Assembly (NCBI GenBank): GCA_951406725.2
Contig: OX597815.1
Span: 42,346,001-42,410,000 of the forward strand
DNA: 64,000 nt
Source of the DNA: Octopus vulgaris
Taxonomy: Eukaryota
Direction of reading: 5' to 3'
Part shown: positions 13,366 to 26,954 of the stretch, in pieces
Position numbering within the stretch: position 1 is the stretch's first letter
Layout of the letters: every line of letters begins with the position of its first letter
Translations under genes and position numbers: made by a program
The notes under the pieces: generated by a model
Told to the model about the DNA's origin: nothing
The model's input: the letters and a program-made list of their open reading frames with translations, nothing else
Database searches by the model: none

Positions 13366-13581
13366 GAATCCTTTCTACTAAAGGCACAAGGCCTGAAATT
13401 TGTCGGGAGGTGACTAGTCGATTACATCGACCGCCAGTGTCCCACTGCTACTTAATTTATCAGCTACGAAATGATGAAAGGCAAAGTCGATCTCGGCTGA
13501 ATTTGAACTCAAACGTAGCGATAGACGAAATACCGCTAAGCATTTCGTCTAGCGAGCTAACAATTTTATCAGGTCGCCACC

Positions 13582-13627
<46 letters not shown>

Positions 13628-14115
13628 TAATAATAATAATACTTTAACATCTCTTATCCTTCACTCACCCTATGATGTTGGATGTGTCTCGGCAAGTGAT
13701 TGTGACAAACATGCAGATTAAAAATAAATATTAATAATAATAATCCTTTCCCCTAAAAGCACAAGGCTGAAATTTTGGGGGAGGGGATCAGTCGATTACA
13801 TCGACCCCAGTACGTAAGAGGTACTTAATTTATCGATCCCGAAAGGATGAAAGGCAAAATCGACCCCGACAGACAAAATACCTATTTCCTTACTACCCAC
13901 AAGGGGCTAAACACAGAGAGGACAAACAAGGACAGTCAAACGGATTAAGTCGATTATATCGACCCCAGTGCGTAACTGGTACTTAATTTATCGACCCCGA
14001 AAGGATGAAAGGCAAAGTCGACCTAGGCGGAATTTGAACTCAGAACGTAACGGCAGACGAAATACCACTAATTATTTTGCCTGGTATGGTAACGATTCTG
14101 CCAGCTTGCCGTCTT
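13365..14115 (-). mobile_element. SINE family A monomer (13365-13582) and dimer (about 13740-14115) amid (TAA)n/(TAG)n tracts
   Basis: Reverse complement of the head, core and tail seen at 2041-2441. Confidence 0.85.
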
Positions 14116-14170
14116 AATAATGATAATGATGATAATAATAATAATAATTATAATGATGATGATGATGATG

Positions 14171-14218
<48 letters not shown>

Positions 14219-15279
14219 TTTTGTTACATAGCCAGTAGGCTAGAAATCTGAGGTGGGGAAAGAATTAGTAGATTAAATTCATACCAGTACTTGACTGATA
14301 ATTCATTTTGTTGACTCTAGGAAAAAAATGAAAGGCAAAATATTAACCACGACAGGATTTGAACACAGGACCTCCTGAGATGTAAGTAAATACAGCAAGG
14401 CTTCTTGTTAGATGGTAGTATCCAAATTGGTAATTGCAATTCATTACATATTCCATCTAACAAAACCCCAGCCCTTTTCTCCAGGAAGGATTTCACAACA
14501 AAAATAATTCAATATTTAAATTAATATTTGAACGTATACACTTTTCGAAGACACCGCGTGGACACTTGTAAATAATGCTGTGACAATTATGGAAAATTAT
14601 TCAATATTTAATAAACAAAATTTGGATAAAGAATATTAAAAAGATGAAAATCACGTTATTTACAAACGTGTGATTTTATAAATTTTCAGAAAGACTGTTT
14701 ACAACTTGTGACGCTAGAAAAAACAAATTGATGAGATGCTTATCATTTGCATATACAATGTAGGTGTTGACGACTGGAAAATGGAAATAATATCTCTTTC
14801 TATCAATTCTGAGGTCTTCAGAGAGAACGTATTTCAAATTAATATAAGCAGTTTTGAGCAATGTAAATTTTTATGTAGAGTTGGTTTTAATTTTTTATCT
14901 AGAATTATTTAAAGAAATATGGAAGCTTTTCAAGATTTGAGTCCGGTGCTTCTGCTGTTATTGGTTCTATTCTGCTGTTTCTTCACACTCTAGGGCACTC
15001 TTAGTTTTGTGTACTTTATCAATTTTACTAAAATGTTTCCTAAATTTTACACCAACTTTACGAAATTTCTTTTACTCTGATTATCCGACCATTCGTCGTT
15101 TCTTTATTATCAGATGCAAAATGTTGCTGCTTGTTCTCCGATTACACTAGTGTCCGAGTCCACTTTGGTTTATCATCTTGGTTAAAAGAGCTATCTTCAG
15201 TCAGAGAAATAGTGATGAGAGAGGAAGTCCTTTGGAATGTTCGTCTTTTCATTTAAACTATATTGTTTTTTTTTATAAT

Positions 15280-15655
15280 GCCGAGATCTTTTCCTTTTGA
15301 ACGGCAGACAATTTCTAGTTAACTAAACACTTTAAAACTGCGTATACTGGTAGAATGTGTCAAAATAAAACATTTGTTTCTCTTGTTTCTTGAGAAAATT
15401 GTAATTTGTTTTTTTAACGTAGTTTAATTTTTTAACGTAGTTTAATTATGCATTAAAATGGAATAAAAAATGATGTTAAATTATTTTTAAAATCGTAGAC
15501 TCATCGTAGACGCGCGCTAATACTCAGACGGGCTCGATATGAATCACGACTATAAGATACCCGAATTTGGTTAAACTGCACCGCAAAATGTGGGAGTAGT
15601 TAGGAATCTAAATCGAAGGGGACAGGCACTCACACAACTACAGTTTTATATATAT
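15280..15655 (-). mobile_element. Non-autonomous Helitron-like fragment (5' terminus region)
   Basis: Ends ...cacacaactacagttttatatatat, the same style of terminus as the complete element at 17864-18255 (...acaacttcagctttatatatagagagat). The left boundary is approximate. Confidence 0.55.
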
Positions 15656-16107
15656 ATTGATCAAAATAAAAACATGATGCCAAGGATTCAGCGGTACATA
15701 TGTTTCGGGCCTTTATTAGACAGATTTATAACCATGCATAATGTATGTCTGTGGCCTTCTTCAGCCGCGCACAACAGCTTCACAAGGACATGTGTTACAT
15801 CAAAAATTCTTGGTTGGGGATGCAAATCCTCTCATTCGCGTACGACATAATGCGGCAACAGCATAGAATTGAAGCGTCCATCTCTTTCTTCTCTCAAATG
15901 CTGTTGCCGCATTATGTCGTACGCGAATGAGAGGATTTGCATCCCCAACCAAGAATTTTTGATGTAACACATGTCCTTGTGGAAGCTGTTGTGCGCGGCT
16001 GAAGAAGGCCACAGACATACATTATGCATTGTTATAAATCTGTCTAATAAAGGCCCGAAACATATGTACCGCTGAATCCTTGGCATCATGTTTTTATTTT
16101 GATCAAT
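15656..16107. repeat. Long inverted repeat: 209/210-bp arms, 33-bp spacer
   Basis: 15656-15864 is the reverse complement of 15898-16107, with one mismatch and one 1-bp indel seen. Confidence 0.97.
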
Positions 16108-17114
16108 TCACTCCACCACCTACACCACCAAACGGTATACATAGGTGCTTATAATTATCAAGTACTCACCCCGAATTTCTATACTCAGTTTTATATATAT
16201 AGATATAAGTAATTGTCACTTATCTGGGTTTTTTTTATGGTTTGTTCTTCGTGATTTCCTTTAGTTGTTTGATAATTCTGTTTCTGTGGAAGGTAGGTTA
16301 TAGGTTATATACTAATCTATCCTTTGTTGAAGAAAAACATGTTTGCAACTAATTTTGCTGAGGTATGTCAAATTTACTGAGGTAATGTAATGCGAAATAC
16401 CAATTCTATATTTTGGTAGATATTTAACATCATCATCTGAATCACATGAAATTTAATTTCGCGGTTGAAGGGTTAAATACATCTACACTCAATTGGTTGA
16501 ATGCAACTAATGCGGTTTTGCATTGCTGTCGATTTCTCCGGTAGAACGAGTTCAAGTAAACCTTTTAAAGTTTGTAAAAATGATTTTCGTTTGTTCATTA
16601 ATGTATGAACGTGTGATGAAAGATATTCGGTGGTTAGGGCAGAGTTGGAGCATCGTTTTCCATTTGGTTGTGATAATTATATGCGTAAAACAGCAGATGA
16701 TTTCTGAGGTTGAATTGTTGCAGTTAGCTTAGAATGATATATATGTATGCTAACAAAATGCTAACATACATTTTTGGGTGCACAAGAAATATAAAGATTG
16801 GCTGGCAGGAAAAGATGTAGTGCTCACCAACCTGATCTTGCATATAGGCTTTCACGTTTTATTTCCTTTTAATTATGCCTTGTTTTAATTTAGTGTAAAT
16901 ATTTCTTATTTATTTCCGTGCAGGAATTGAACATGTAAAATCTTAATTCGTCCATATATATATTGTATAATATTGTATAATGTTTTCACTCTCTCACCCA
17001 TCTTTGTATATCTTTTCCGTCAACACGCCAATCGTTTTCTTTGTAAAAGTCCTTTGTGAAGGTCTCATATTTTTCTGCATCTTTTCGATTCCTTGTTGAT
17101 GATAAGAAAAAATC

Positions 17115-17413
17115 TCCTCCCTCCCTTCCTCCTCCTCCTCCTCCTCCTCCTCCTCACACCGTCCTAACCCGCCCCCTCCACCACCACCACCACCACCACA
17201 CCACCTCCTCCTCCTCCCCTCCTCCTCCTCCTCCTCCTCCTCCTCACACCGTCCCAACCCGCCCCCTCCACCACCACCACCACCACCACCACCACCTCCT
17301 CCTCCTCCTCCTCCTCCTCCTCCTCCTCCTCCTCCTCCTCCTCTTCTTCTTCTTCTTCTTCTTCTTCTTCTTCTTCTTCTTCTTCTTCCTCCTCTTCTTC
17401 TTCTTCTTCTTCT

Positions 17414-17448
<35 letters not shown>

Positions 17449-17455
17449 TTCTCCT
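17115..17455. repeat. Compound (CCT)n/(CCA)n/(CTT)n tract with a duplicated unit of about 90 bp
   Basis: cacaccgtccYaacccgccccct occurs at 17155 and 17245, followed by an uninterrupted polypyrimidine run. Confidence 0.95.
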
Positions 17456-17863
17456 GGATCATTGGATATTGGATTTTGTTTAGCTTTTTTCTTCTTCTAA
17501 ATAGCACTGAAGGATGCTAGTTTTGCTGTACAATTTAGAATGTCCTTTTCGTCTTTTACAAAAACGTTTTAGATATATGTTGTACTTAAGGAGGACTTTT
17601 GAAGTGACAGCTAAAGAGACATGACTGTTGTTGAACATCTAATTTCCTGTATGCTTCTATTCCACGCATATCTGTTAAGGCAACATATTTATAGCAAAGA
17701 AGAAAATGATATTGTTCAATATTTTCTTTTCTGAAAGCATTTGACATTGGAGTTTTCTCTTACTACACAGAATTTAAATTGTGTCGGGCTAAAAATAACC
17801 GGAAAGTTCATAGTTCTCATCTCATCAGCGCTATTGCAACGTGTATTTTATTTTTATCTATAA

Positions 17864-18255
17864 CTAGCAGTATCGCCCGGCGTTGCTCGGGTTTGTTTCG
17901 ATCCTTTGGAATTGGAATTTTCGAAAAGTAAAAATTTTGCATTATGTAGCTTGTTATTCTCTTTAAGTGAACATTTTTCTGGTTGAAATACATCGAAAAA
18001 TAGTGACACAGCTATGAAAAAATCGTAAAAAATAGGGATTTTCATAGAAAAAAAGCACCTTTTTAATGTAGATAATTTTTGGTGTTAACATGGTCCGATT
18101 TGAATTTTTTCTTCTACGGAAGGAAGAGCAAGCCTTCTTCTATCATACTCTCAATTTTGGTCAACTTGCGCCGCAGAGTCTTTGAGGAGATAGTGTTAGC
18201 TGAAGGCTACCAAACCTGCCATACACAGACAACTTCAGCTTTATATATAGAGAGA
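17864..18255 (-). mobile_element. Complete non-autonomous Helitron (392 bp)
   Basis: The minus strand starts TC(tctctatatataaagc) and ends with the hairpin cccgagcaacgccggg, a short spacer and CTAG. It is inserted between host A and T with no TSD. Confidence 0.88.
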
Positions 18256-18256
18256 T

Positions 18257-18545
18257 TAAGCCCATGGAGAAGAACCGGAAGTTTGCATTCGAAATGGATG
18301 AGATCTACCGTAGACTTTGAGGCTGATTACCAGCTCAGGCTCACCTATAGGTTTGTGGTCGAGTCTGTGACAGTGGGAACCTCCAGCGTTTCTGGCTCCC
18401 GGACGATGTCCCTGTTCACCACTACCGTGGCACAGATTGCTGTCTGCAAGTGCGACCCTCGTGAATTTAAGTGGCTGTCCCAGCGCATCTCCTATACCAT
18501 CCTCCAGGCCAACGCTTTTCCTATCTTGTTTGCCGTGGTCATGGA
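18257..18545 (+). pseudogene. C-terminal restriction-like endonuclease remnant of a CRE-like non-LTR retrotransposon
   Basis: PWRRTGSL..W..STVD...YRFVVESVTVGTSSVSG...IAVCKCDPREFKWLSQRISYTILQANA resembles the CRE motifs PW..G..L.WD.T, F.P.AVET.G and D.RE..WL.QRIS.AI.RGNA. Confidence 0.6.
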
Positions 18546-19147
18546 GTACTCTGACTTACAGGAAATTGTACGTTCTACTCCTTAAATATTTAAAACCATC
18601 TCTTGTGCTTGTGACAGTCCCATTGTCTGAAGATCTGCATGAAAAAAATCTGGACGTGGACGGGAGTAGATCTAGGTTTTGAATTGCTTGCAGCATAACA
18701 ATCTCTCCCAAAGACACCCGTCGAAGGACCAAGAAGGAATTAAACCGTGTGGTCTGTTAGAATTGTACACCATGCCCGAGTTATGGGTCTTGGTGACGAC
18801 AGAAACGCTCATGTAATGGTGATTTCTGTATATTATAATGTCAAAGCGGACTTAATATGAAACAACTGTCTTTATAATCTACATATAAAGCCACACACAG
18901 ACGCACGCCAACACCCACACCCCCCACACATATATATATATAGGCTTATCGCTTTGTGAGGTTGTCTCTTATTTTATTTTAGTGGCGTGTCAAGCAACAT
19001 ATTTTTCTGAAGTCAAACACAGGTAGCTTAAATCATTTCTTGGATAAGACAACGACAAACATTCTTGTCTATTCAACAGTATTTTTGTATGCGATATTGT
19101 GAGAAAGAAACACAACAAACCTAAAACTGTCATTCGAAGATATCTTC

Positions 19148-19216
<69 letters not shown>

Positions 19217-19529
19217 ACACACACAGACACAGACACAGACACAGACACACAGACACACACACACACACACACACTCACACACACACATACACACAGAGTC
19301 ACTACGAACAGTAAATCTCAGTAATCATTTCCTCTTTTATCACAACAGCTGGCGATGGCAGGATCCTTTCATAAATAAGTTGATTTATTTCTTTGAAACC
19401 AATATGTTTATCAACCGCGCTTTTGTTAACTGCGTCTATGAGCTTGTACGCATGCGTGAAGCATATAACTGTGCGCTCGTCAGAATGCGAGGCATGTTGA
19501 GATATTCGTTTCATGCCTGACTCTACAAG

Positions 19530-20348
19530 TGTGTGTATGTGTGTGCATGTGTGTGTGAGTGTGTGTATGTGTGAGTGTGTATGTGTGTGTGTGAGAGAGT
19601 ATTTGTGTGTGCGTGAGAGAGTATTTGTGTGTGTGTATGTGAATGAGTATTTGTGTGTGTGTGCATGTGTGTATGCGTGTGTTTGTGTACGTGCTGTATG
19701 TGTGTGCGCGTGCGTGTGTATGTGGGTGTGAGTGTGTGTGTGTGAGAGTATTTGTGTGTGCGTGAGAGAGTATTTGTGTGTGTGTATGTGAATGAGTATT
19801 TGTGTGTGTGTGTGCATGTGTGTATGCGTGTGTGTGTGTGTGCGTGCTGTATGTGTGTGCGCGTTCGTGTGTATGTGGGTGTGATGTGTGTGTGAGAGTA
19901 TTTGTGTGTGCGTGAGATAGTATTTGTGTGTGTGTATGTGAATGAGTATTTGTGTGTGTGTATATGCATGTGTGCGTGCGTGTGTGTGCGTGTGTGTGTG
20001 CGTGTGTGCGTTCGTGTTGTATGTGTATGCGCGTGCGTTTGCGTGTGTATGTGCGTGTGAGTGTGTGTGAGAATATTTGTGTGTGCGTGAGATAGTATTT
20101 GTGTGTGTGTGTGTGTGTGTGTGAATGAGTATTTGTGTGTGTGTATATGCATGTGTGCGTGCGTGTGTGTGTGTGCGTATGTGTGTGCGTGTGTGCGTTC
20201 GTGTTGTATGTGTATGAGCGTGCATTTGCGTGTGTATGTGCGTGTGAGTGTGTGTGAGAGTATTTGGGTGTGCATGAGAAAGTATTTGTGTGTGTATGTG
20301 TATGTGAACGAGTATTTGTGTGTGTGTGTGTGCATGTGTGTGTGTGTG
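19530..20348. repeat. Higher-order TG-rich minisatellite, about 5 units of 150-190 bp
   Basis: The landmark gagtatttgtgtgtgcgtgaga.agtatttg...gtgaatgagtatttg recurs near 19596, 19745, 19895, 20069 and 20256. Confidence 0.9.
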
Positions 20349-20873
20349 AATCTGTGCATTAATTTAACTTAGTTGTCATAAAAATAAAGATGAAATAATT
20401 TTAATTTAAGCGGTTTATTATTATAGTTTATCAATGTTAATGTAACTGAATCGTTGACGCATATATATAATGTACATAATACTTAATTGCTTTCCTATAT
20501 GAATTTTACATAATTCATCTTCAAAGTGATGTATTCTCACATGAAATTGCCATATGCTACCTCATTACTCCAACATCAAATCAATACGATGAAATAGTTA
20601 TTCTTTTTAAACTGAGCTAAATTATCCAATGTTTACAATTATACTTTCTAGTTTACTAAATAGTTACAATATTCATTAGGAAGATGTACACTGAAACATG
20701 AATGTGAACAAACTTACGAGTGTGGTCACACAGACATACGTACACACACGCACATGCATACACTAATTTTATACACATAGTTATATATTAAATTTATTCA
20801 TAATTAAGTGCGAAAATTAAAACGTTATGTAACAGTTATACAACAGTTAGTTGCATTTTAGCGAACACGCATG

Positions 20874-20905
<32 letters not shown>

Positions 20906-21698
20906 TGTATGTATGTATGTATGTATGTATGTATGTATGTATGTATGTATGTATGTATGTATGTATGTATGTATGTATGTATGTATATCTGTGTGTATGA
21001 ATGTGTGTGTATCTGTGTGTGTGTATGTGTGTGTGCGCTAGACTGCAATTAACCGGAAGGTAGGGCATTTGGTGACTCTCGGTCAATCAATCAACTTCAG
21101 AATTATCCAGTATTGACCAAGGTCCGTTTTCGTTTTCCTAAATAAAAGATTGAAAATCAATCGTTTCTAGGCTGGCATATATTTTCAGTTTATTTAGCAA
21201 ATCTCCTGTTCTACCTCTCTATCGCTATATTACACTTTGTATCGATTCCTTGTGGAGTTAATAGATTCCTATAAAGTTGCCATTAAAAATGAAAGCAGCA
21301 TATTTGAAATTTTTGTAATCCTATATACGTTCATGCTTTTAATATCAATGCAGTCTATAAACAAATAGCAAAGCATAAAACTAATATTAATGATGTGTCT
21401 TTTTTTATATATATATTCATCCATGATAATTGCATATTATCAGACATCGTAAAGTTTTATATTAAAGCAGATATCTTTAGAAGCGTGCAACCCACTGCTC
21501 GTTTATTTATATCTATATCCATAAATTCTGAATCCCGATAGTACTGTCTGGTTGCTTAGTCACATCAGAGAAATAATTTAGGCGTAAGGTACAAAAACGA
21601 ATCTAGTACGTTGTTTATTCTTTATGAAAATATGATCCATTTTATAACACCAGTGTGATCTTTGCTAGGAAATCCGTGATATTATTAACAACAATAAC

Positions 21699-21744
<46 letters not shown>

Positions 21745-24265
21745 TATATATATATATATAAACTGAAACAAGAGATCTGAAGTCTTATTTTTATGGAAGT
21801 GACTGCGTATTTGATATTTAATACCGAACAAGTTCAGAACAGGTTAGGCTTACAAAAAATCGTTGATAATAGGTTATCAAAGATTTTCTTTAAGTATTAT
21901 CAGTGTTGTACAAACATCTCAGATATCGTGCATTAGTTGCTGTTGAATAACCGGGCGAATTTTGTTTGCATATAAGTATGATGTCAATCAGATATCTAAT
22001 AACAGATTATAGATTCAGAAATCTAGATATTCCTTGTTCATAATATTATTTAGAGTATTTATTTGCACTCGATGTTAGATGACTATTTTCGTTTAATTTA
22101 TTTCCTTATTGAAAATCGATTCCTGAATGTTATTATTTAAGATGTTAATAAAAGGATTTATCAAAATTCATAAAGTATTAGAATAAGATTTACACACCTC
22201 ACATTTACATGTATTGTCACATGTAGCAAACAGTACAAAAATCATATAGCACAATGGAAGTTAAATACTGAGGCTATTTGGGGACTTTTATAAAAGTATC
22301 CTTTCACAATTTTTTATATCCTAGGGATGAACTTTCATTTAGGTCAAACTATTAACCGTAAAAACAAGCATCAAGAACTGTGCACAAAAACAATAAAATT
22401 TATTCATATTGTTGCCTCGACGTTCTGTATCCTCTTTGTTCTGAATATGCTGCCTAAGGAATTAGGTTATAGAACATGTGGTTGTGTGCACATTTGGTTA
22501 CAAGCTATGGCAAAAGTTTGCTAAACTGACGCTTTATCAGTCACTCAAGAATAAGCCATAGTCAATCGATGCTATATTGTTTATACAATCTTAAAGAATA
22601 TAAAGTATATCAACAGCTGATATGTACAGTAGCAAGGATACTGTATGAATATCTGTTTAGAATCATACATTCGCGAACTCGAATGTCGCTGCAGTTATAA
22701 ATTATACGTCGTTCTGGAGTCAATAAAATGCATTTAAATACCAATGAAATCGAATAAAGGGGCATAAGTAGTTATTGGATTTTATATATAAGTAACCAAA
22801 AGCGCAATTTTGACATGAAATTAGTGGACGATACTAGAATTAAACAACGATCAAGTTACTCATTCGAGATTTGCTCCAATAGTTTGGTCCGAATTATTTA
22901 AAAGTTTAATATTTAATATTTTTACCTTCTGACTTATTAAAAGTGGCCTTTAAACTGTTCTTGAATTTTACAGCTTCTAAAATTTTTTTTATAGTTGTTT
23001 CATGAATTTAATGGATACTCTTTTATGAAACTTTCCTAAAATAAAGAACCGCCCCCCCCCCCAAAAAAAAACACACATTCAGACTTTATATTCAATAAGA
23101 GAATAAATTAGTCTTTAGGCAAATTGAAAGTACAATCTTACCATCTTCTACTAATTATAAGCCGATCCGTGTTAACATTAAGGATAACTGAAAAATAAAA
23201 AGGGAAATGAAATTTGCTATCTAAAGTAGTCGTGATCGAGCGTGGAATAGAAAACAATTAAAACCATTGGATTAGCCTAAGGTTTAAATTTAAATGCATC
23301 CTCCATAAGGAAAAAGAATTCAGAATTTTAACTGCATCTCTTTTATGGTCAAACATTATTATTGCATACACCACTTTATTGCGCGAGGGAACACTACACG
23401 CGTGTGAAATCACAAAAAAAGCCTTGTTACACATATAAAAATTAATTTTGAATAACTTTCTTCCAATACAGAATTCATGACATACCTGATATTGCAGGAA
23501 ATTAAAGCAGTTTACGGATACCATGCCAGCGAAGGTCTTTTTCTTAAAACTTCCTGCATATTCTTTTCATACGATAGCTTTATTTTAATATCACTTGCTT
23601 TCCCAGTGATATTTTTAGAATCTTTATATTTATTTCCAATTTTAAACTAGCCTATCTCTTCAGGGGGTTCTCAGTTACAAATTTGCCATAGAAATATATT
23701 CTTTTATATTAAATTAAATCATTGTTCCAATGACTGGAGTTGTCATCAAGTTGTTTCACCTAGAGGCTACTTTTATGTCAGTTAATCCGAGATGTAATTA
23801 ACATGTATGTAGACCTAAACAAGATAAACTAGAAAAAAGAAATACAAAACAAAACAAAAAGCAACAAGTACCCCAAGATGAATACAATTATGAAATAGGT
23901 GCAATTTTATAAACTAATTTTGGCTCACAATTCTGTGTTTATGTCTATTATGACTTTTCCCTTAACCGCCCTTTCTATGTTATCAAATCACTGACAAGGC
24001 GAAACATTTCATCTACTTAAGAATTGAAAAGGAATAAAAAAAAAACAAGCACAATTACAATAATGCAAATGATTTATATGGTCAAAATGATTTTACGGAG
24101 ACCCAAGGATATTGAGCAGCATTTATTTCGGGCTATTTTCTTAAGCTGTATTATTTACTAATAATTCTACTTGACCTTATGTATGTATGTATGTATGTAT
24201 GTATGTATGTATGTATGTATGTATGTATGTATGTATGTATGTATGTATGTATGTATGTATGTATG

Positions 24266-24371
<106 letters not shown>

Positions 24372-24661
24372 AAGTCTCCCGTCGAAGACGACGTATGAAC
24401 CTTCGGTTTTTCCTGAACGAACTGCACAAATGATACGTTTAATGTGATCAAATGTCAAATGTTCGTGTCAGACATTAGGTCATTCTCTCCATCAAATCCA
24501 CATTGTCTGAACAGGTCCACGGTCTATCATGCGTCACACGTCGAAGTGATCGCAGAGCAACTTGAGATGAAGTGTTTTGCTCAAAAACACGCGATCGTTA
24601 GTGCAACACCCTACTACTAGGCTATGCCTAGTGTTTAGTATATACATATATACATACATAC

Positions 24662-24746
<85 letters not shown>

Positions 24747-24906
24747 GCGCAGGAGTGGTTGTGTGGTGGTAAGTAGCTTGCTTACCAGCCACATGGTTCC
24801 GGGTTCAGTCTTACTATGTGGCACCTTAGGCTGGTGTATTCTACTATAGCCTCGGTCCGACCAAAGCCTTGGTGGATTTGGTACACGGAAACTGAAAGAA
24901 GCCCGT

Positions 24907-24986
<80 letters not shown>

Positions 24987-25170
24987 TGTGTCTGTTTTTG
25001 TCCTCCACCATGTTGGTGTCTTTACGTCCACAAAACGTAGAGGTTCGGAAAAGAGACCGATAGAATAAGTACCAGGCTTACAAAGACTAAGTCGTGGGGG
25101 CGATTTTTGTTCGGCTAGAGGCGGTGCTCCTGCATGGCCACAGTCAAATGACTGAAACAAATAAAAGAAT
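24747..25170 (+). mobile_element. SINE family B, near full length
   Basis: Head gcgcaggagtggttgtgtggtggtaagtagc, B-box ggttcagtc, internal (TA)n(TG)n, tail gactgaaacaaataaaagaa. Confidence 0.88.
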
Positions 25171-25179
25171 ATATATATA

Positions 25180-26954
25180 TATACTTTATTTAAAAGCAGT
25201 AGAAATATAAAAAAAGCCGTTATTCAGAGTTTCACGTTCCCGTTCGTCGGACAGTTTTGTTAAAATGGAACAGAATATAACGATATAATCAAAACTAGTT
25301 AAAGGATTACACCTTTAAAAATGGATTTGTTTCATTGGTCCTTTCAATTAACGGTCTTAAGCATGCAATGAACAAAATAAATGAATTCAATATAAATTCG
25401 TTCTATTGTAAATCGAAGAGTAGATTAAAAATACATATTGTAAATAATTATATACGCAATATAAGTCAATTAATAAATTAAAATTAAAATTTTTACGCTG
25501 CATTACATAAATATTTTACAACAGTATATATCCATACTAGACCATCTATGATATACATACATACATCAAAATACACAGATGCATGCACATAGTTACACAC
25601 ATATACAGGTATATATATGTAAGACATAAACATGCGCACAAGTACACATATGCACATATGTGTATTTTCACATATATGTACGCAGCTATGCCCGTGTACA
25701 AAAATCTCTTGGTGTTAGACATATACAATTCAGTTATAACAGACAAAAGAGATTCGCAGTATATCTTAGACGTAGAGAGGGGGGAAAGAAAAAGAAAATA
25801 AGAAGAACCGTAAACGTAACAGCTAGCTAAAGAAAGAGAGAAATAAGAGGTGGGAGAAGAGGAATGCATTGTTTAAGGACGTTATCAAATTAACGAATGG
25901 AGAGAAAAAGGATACTTTGCGTAAGGAAAGAAAAACGAAAGAGAGATAAGTGATAGAATATGTGTAACAAACGTACACAAAATAAAATTACACACACATC
26001 TATACACATAAGTATATATTAACATATAAATACATATATCACGTATATAAATATATGGAAATATGCATCTAAATACATATTCACACAAATATAAGTGTAT
26101 ACATGCATACATATACATCCATGTGCGTATGTGTACAAGTATAAACATACACGCTTACTTACACATATACACAGACGCACACATACAAATACATATATAT
26201 ACAAACAACATTTAAAAAAATTGCTGAGTGTATAATAATAAAAATCGGATAAAAACATATGAAAAATGGAACACCAAAAATCGAATTATCTATAAATATA
26301 ACGATTAAATGGGTTTGTAAAATACAATAAAATGAAAAAAAATAAAATCTTAAAAATTAAAATAATATATACATATAACAGTCGAAGGTTTTCTTAAGAA
26401 ATACGTCGAAATATATACAATATCTTTGTGATGCGAAATAAACCCTGCACTACAAAATATAAATCCAACAGTGGGATTGAAAACTAGTTCAAGATTAAAA
26501 AAATATATACTATCCATATGGTATTTTGTCAGCTGACATTTTAAATTTTGTTGCGTGTCTGCAGGAATTCAGGAGTTCGCGTCTTTGATTCAAAGCGCTA
26601 TTGTTCTGGAATAAAATATAGAATTTTTCCAAAAGACATAAATTACATTTGATGGGTTTTTTATGCGCATGGTGTCTGTAAGGTGATGCTTTAATTAAAT
26701 TATCCATGACACGATGAAAGGCCGGGTTTCGTTTTTAAAGGTGTTCCTTTAACTAGTTTCATTTTTAAAGGTGTATCCTTTAACTAGTTTTGATTATATA
26801 GTTATATTCTGTTCCATTTGAACAAAGCTGTCCGTGAACATCTGAGTAACAGCTTTTGTTATATCTCTGCTGCTTTTAAATAAAGCATATTACTCTACCT
26901 CTGGTATTTGAGAACTCTTTTTTCCACCTTGTTTCACATTTATGTGCTTACTCC

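Noticed and set aside
14600-15253. Minus-strand stretch that looks like decayed coding sequence (MKRRTFQRTSS...)
   Set aside because: Multiple stops and no recognisable motif, so it cannot be assigned.
16994-17520. Poly-P/H/L/F and poly-K/R/W/E/G ORFs
   Set aside because: Trinucleotide repeat read-through on both strands.
19530-20348. Repeat-spacer-like pattern (gagtattt landmarks) resembling a CRISPR array
   Set aside because: The spacers are themselves TG repeats and recur periodically; the context is eukaryotic and there are no cas genes.
20400-24160. Repeat-poor AT-rich block with short ORFs (22327-22524, 23258-23524) as possible host exons
   Set aside because: No recognisable domain or convincing splice and codon pattern. 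A small exon or regulatory element cannot be excluded without RNA-seq or conservation data.
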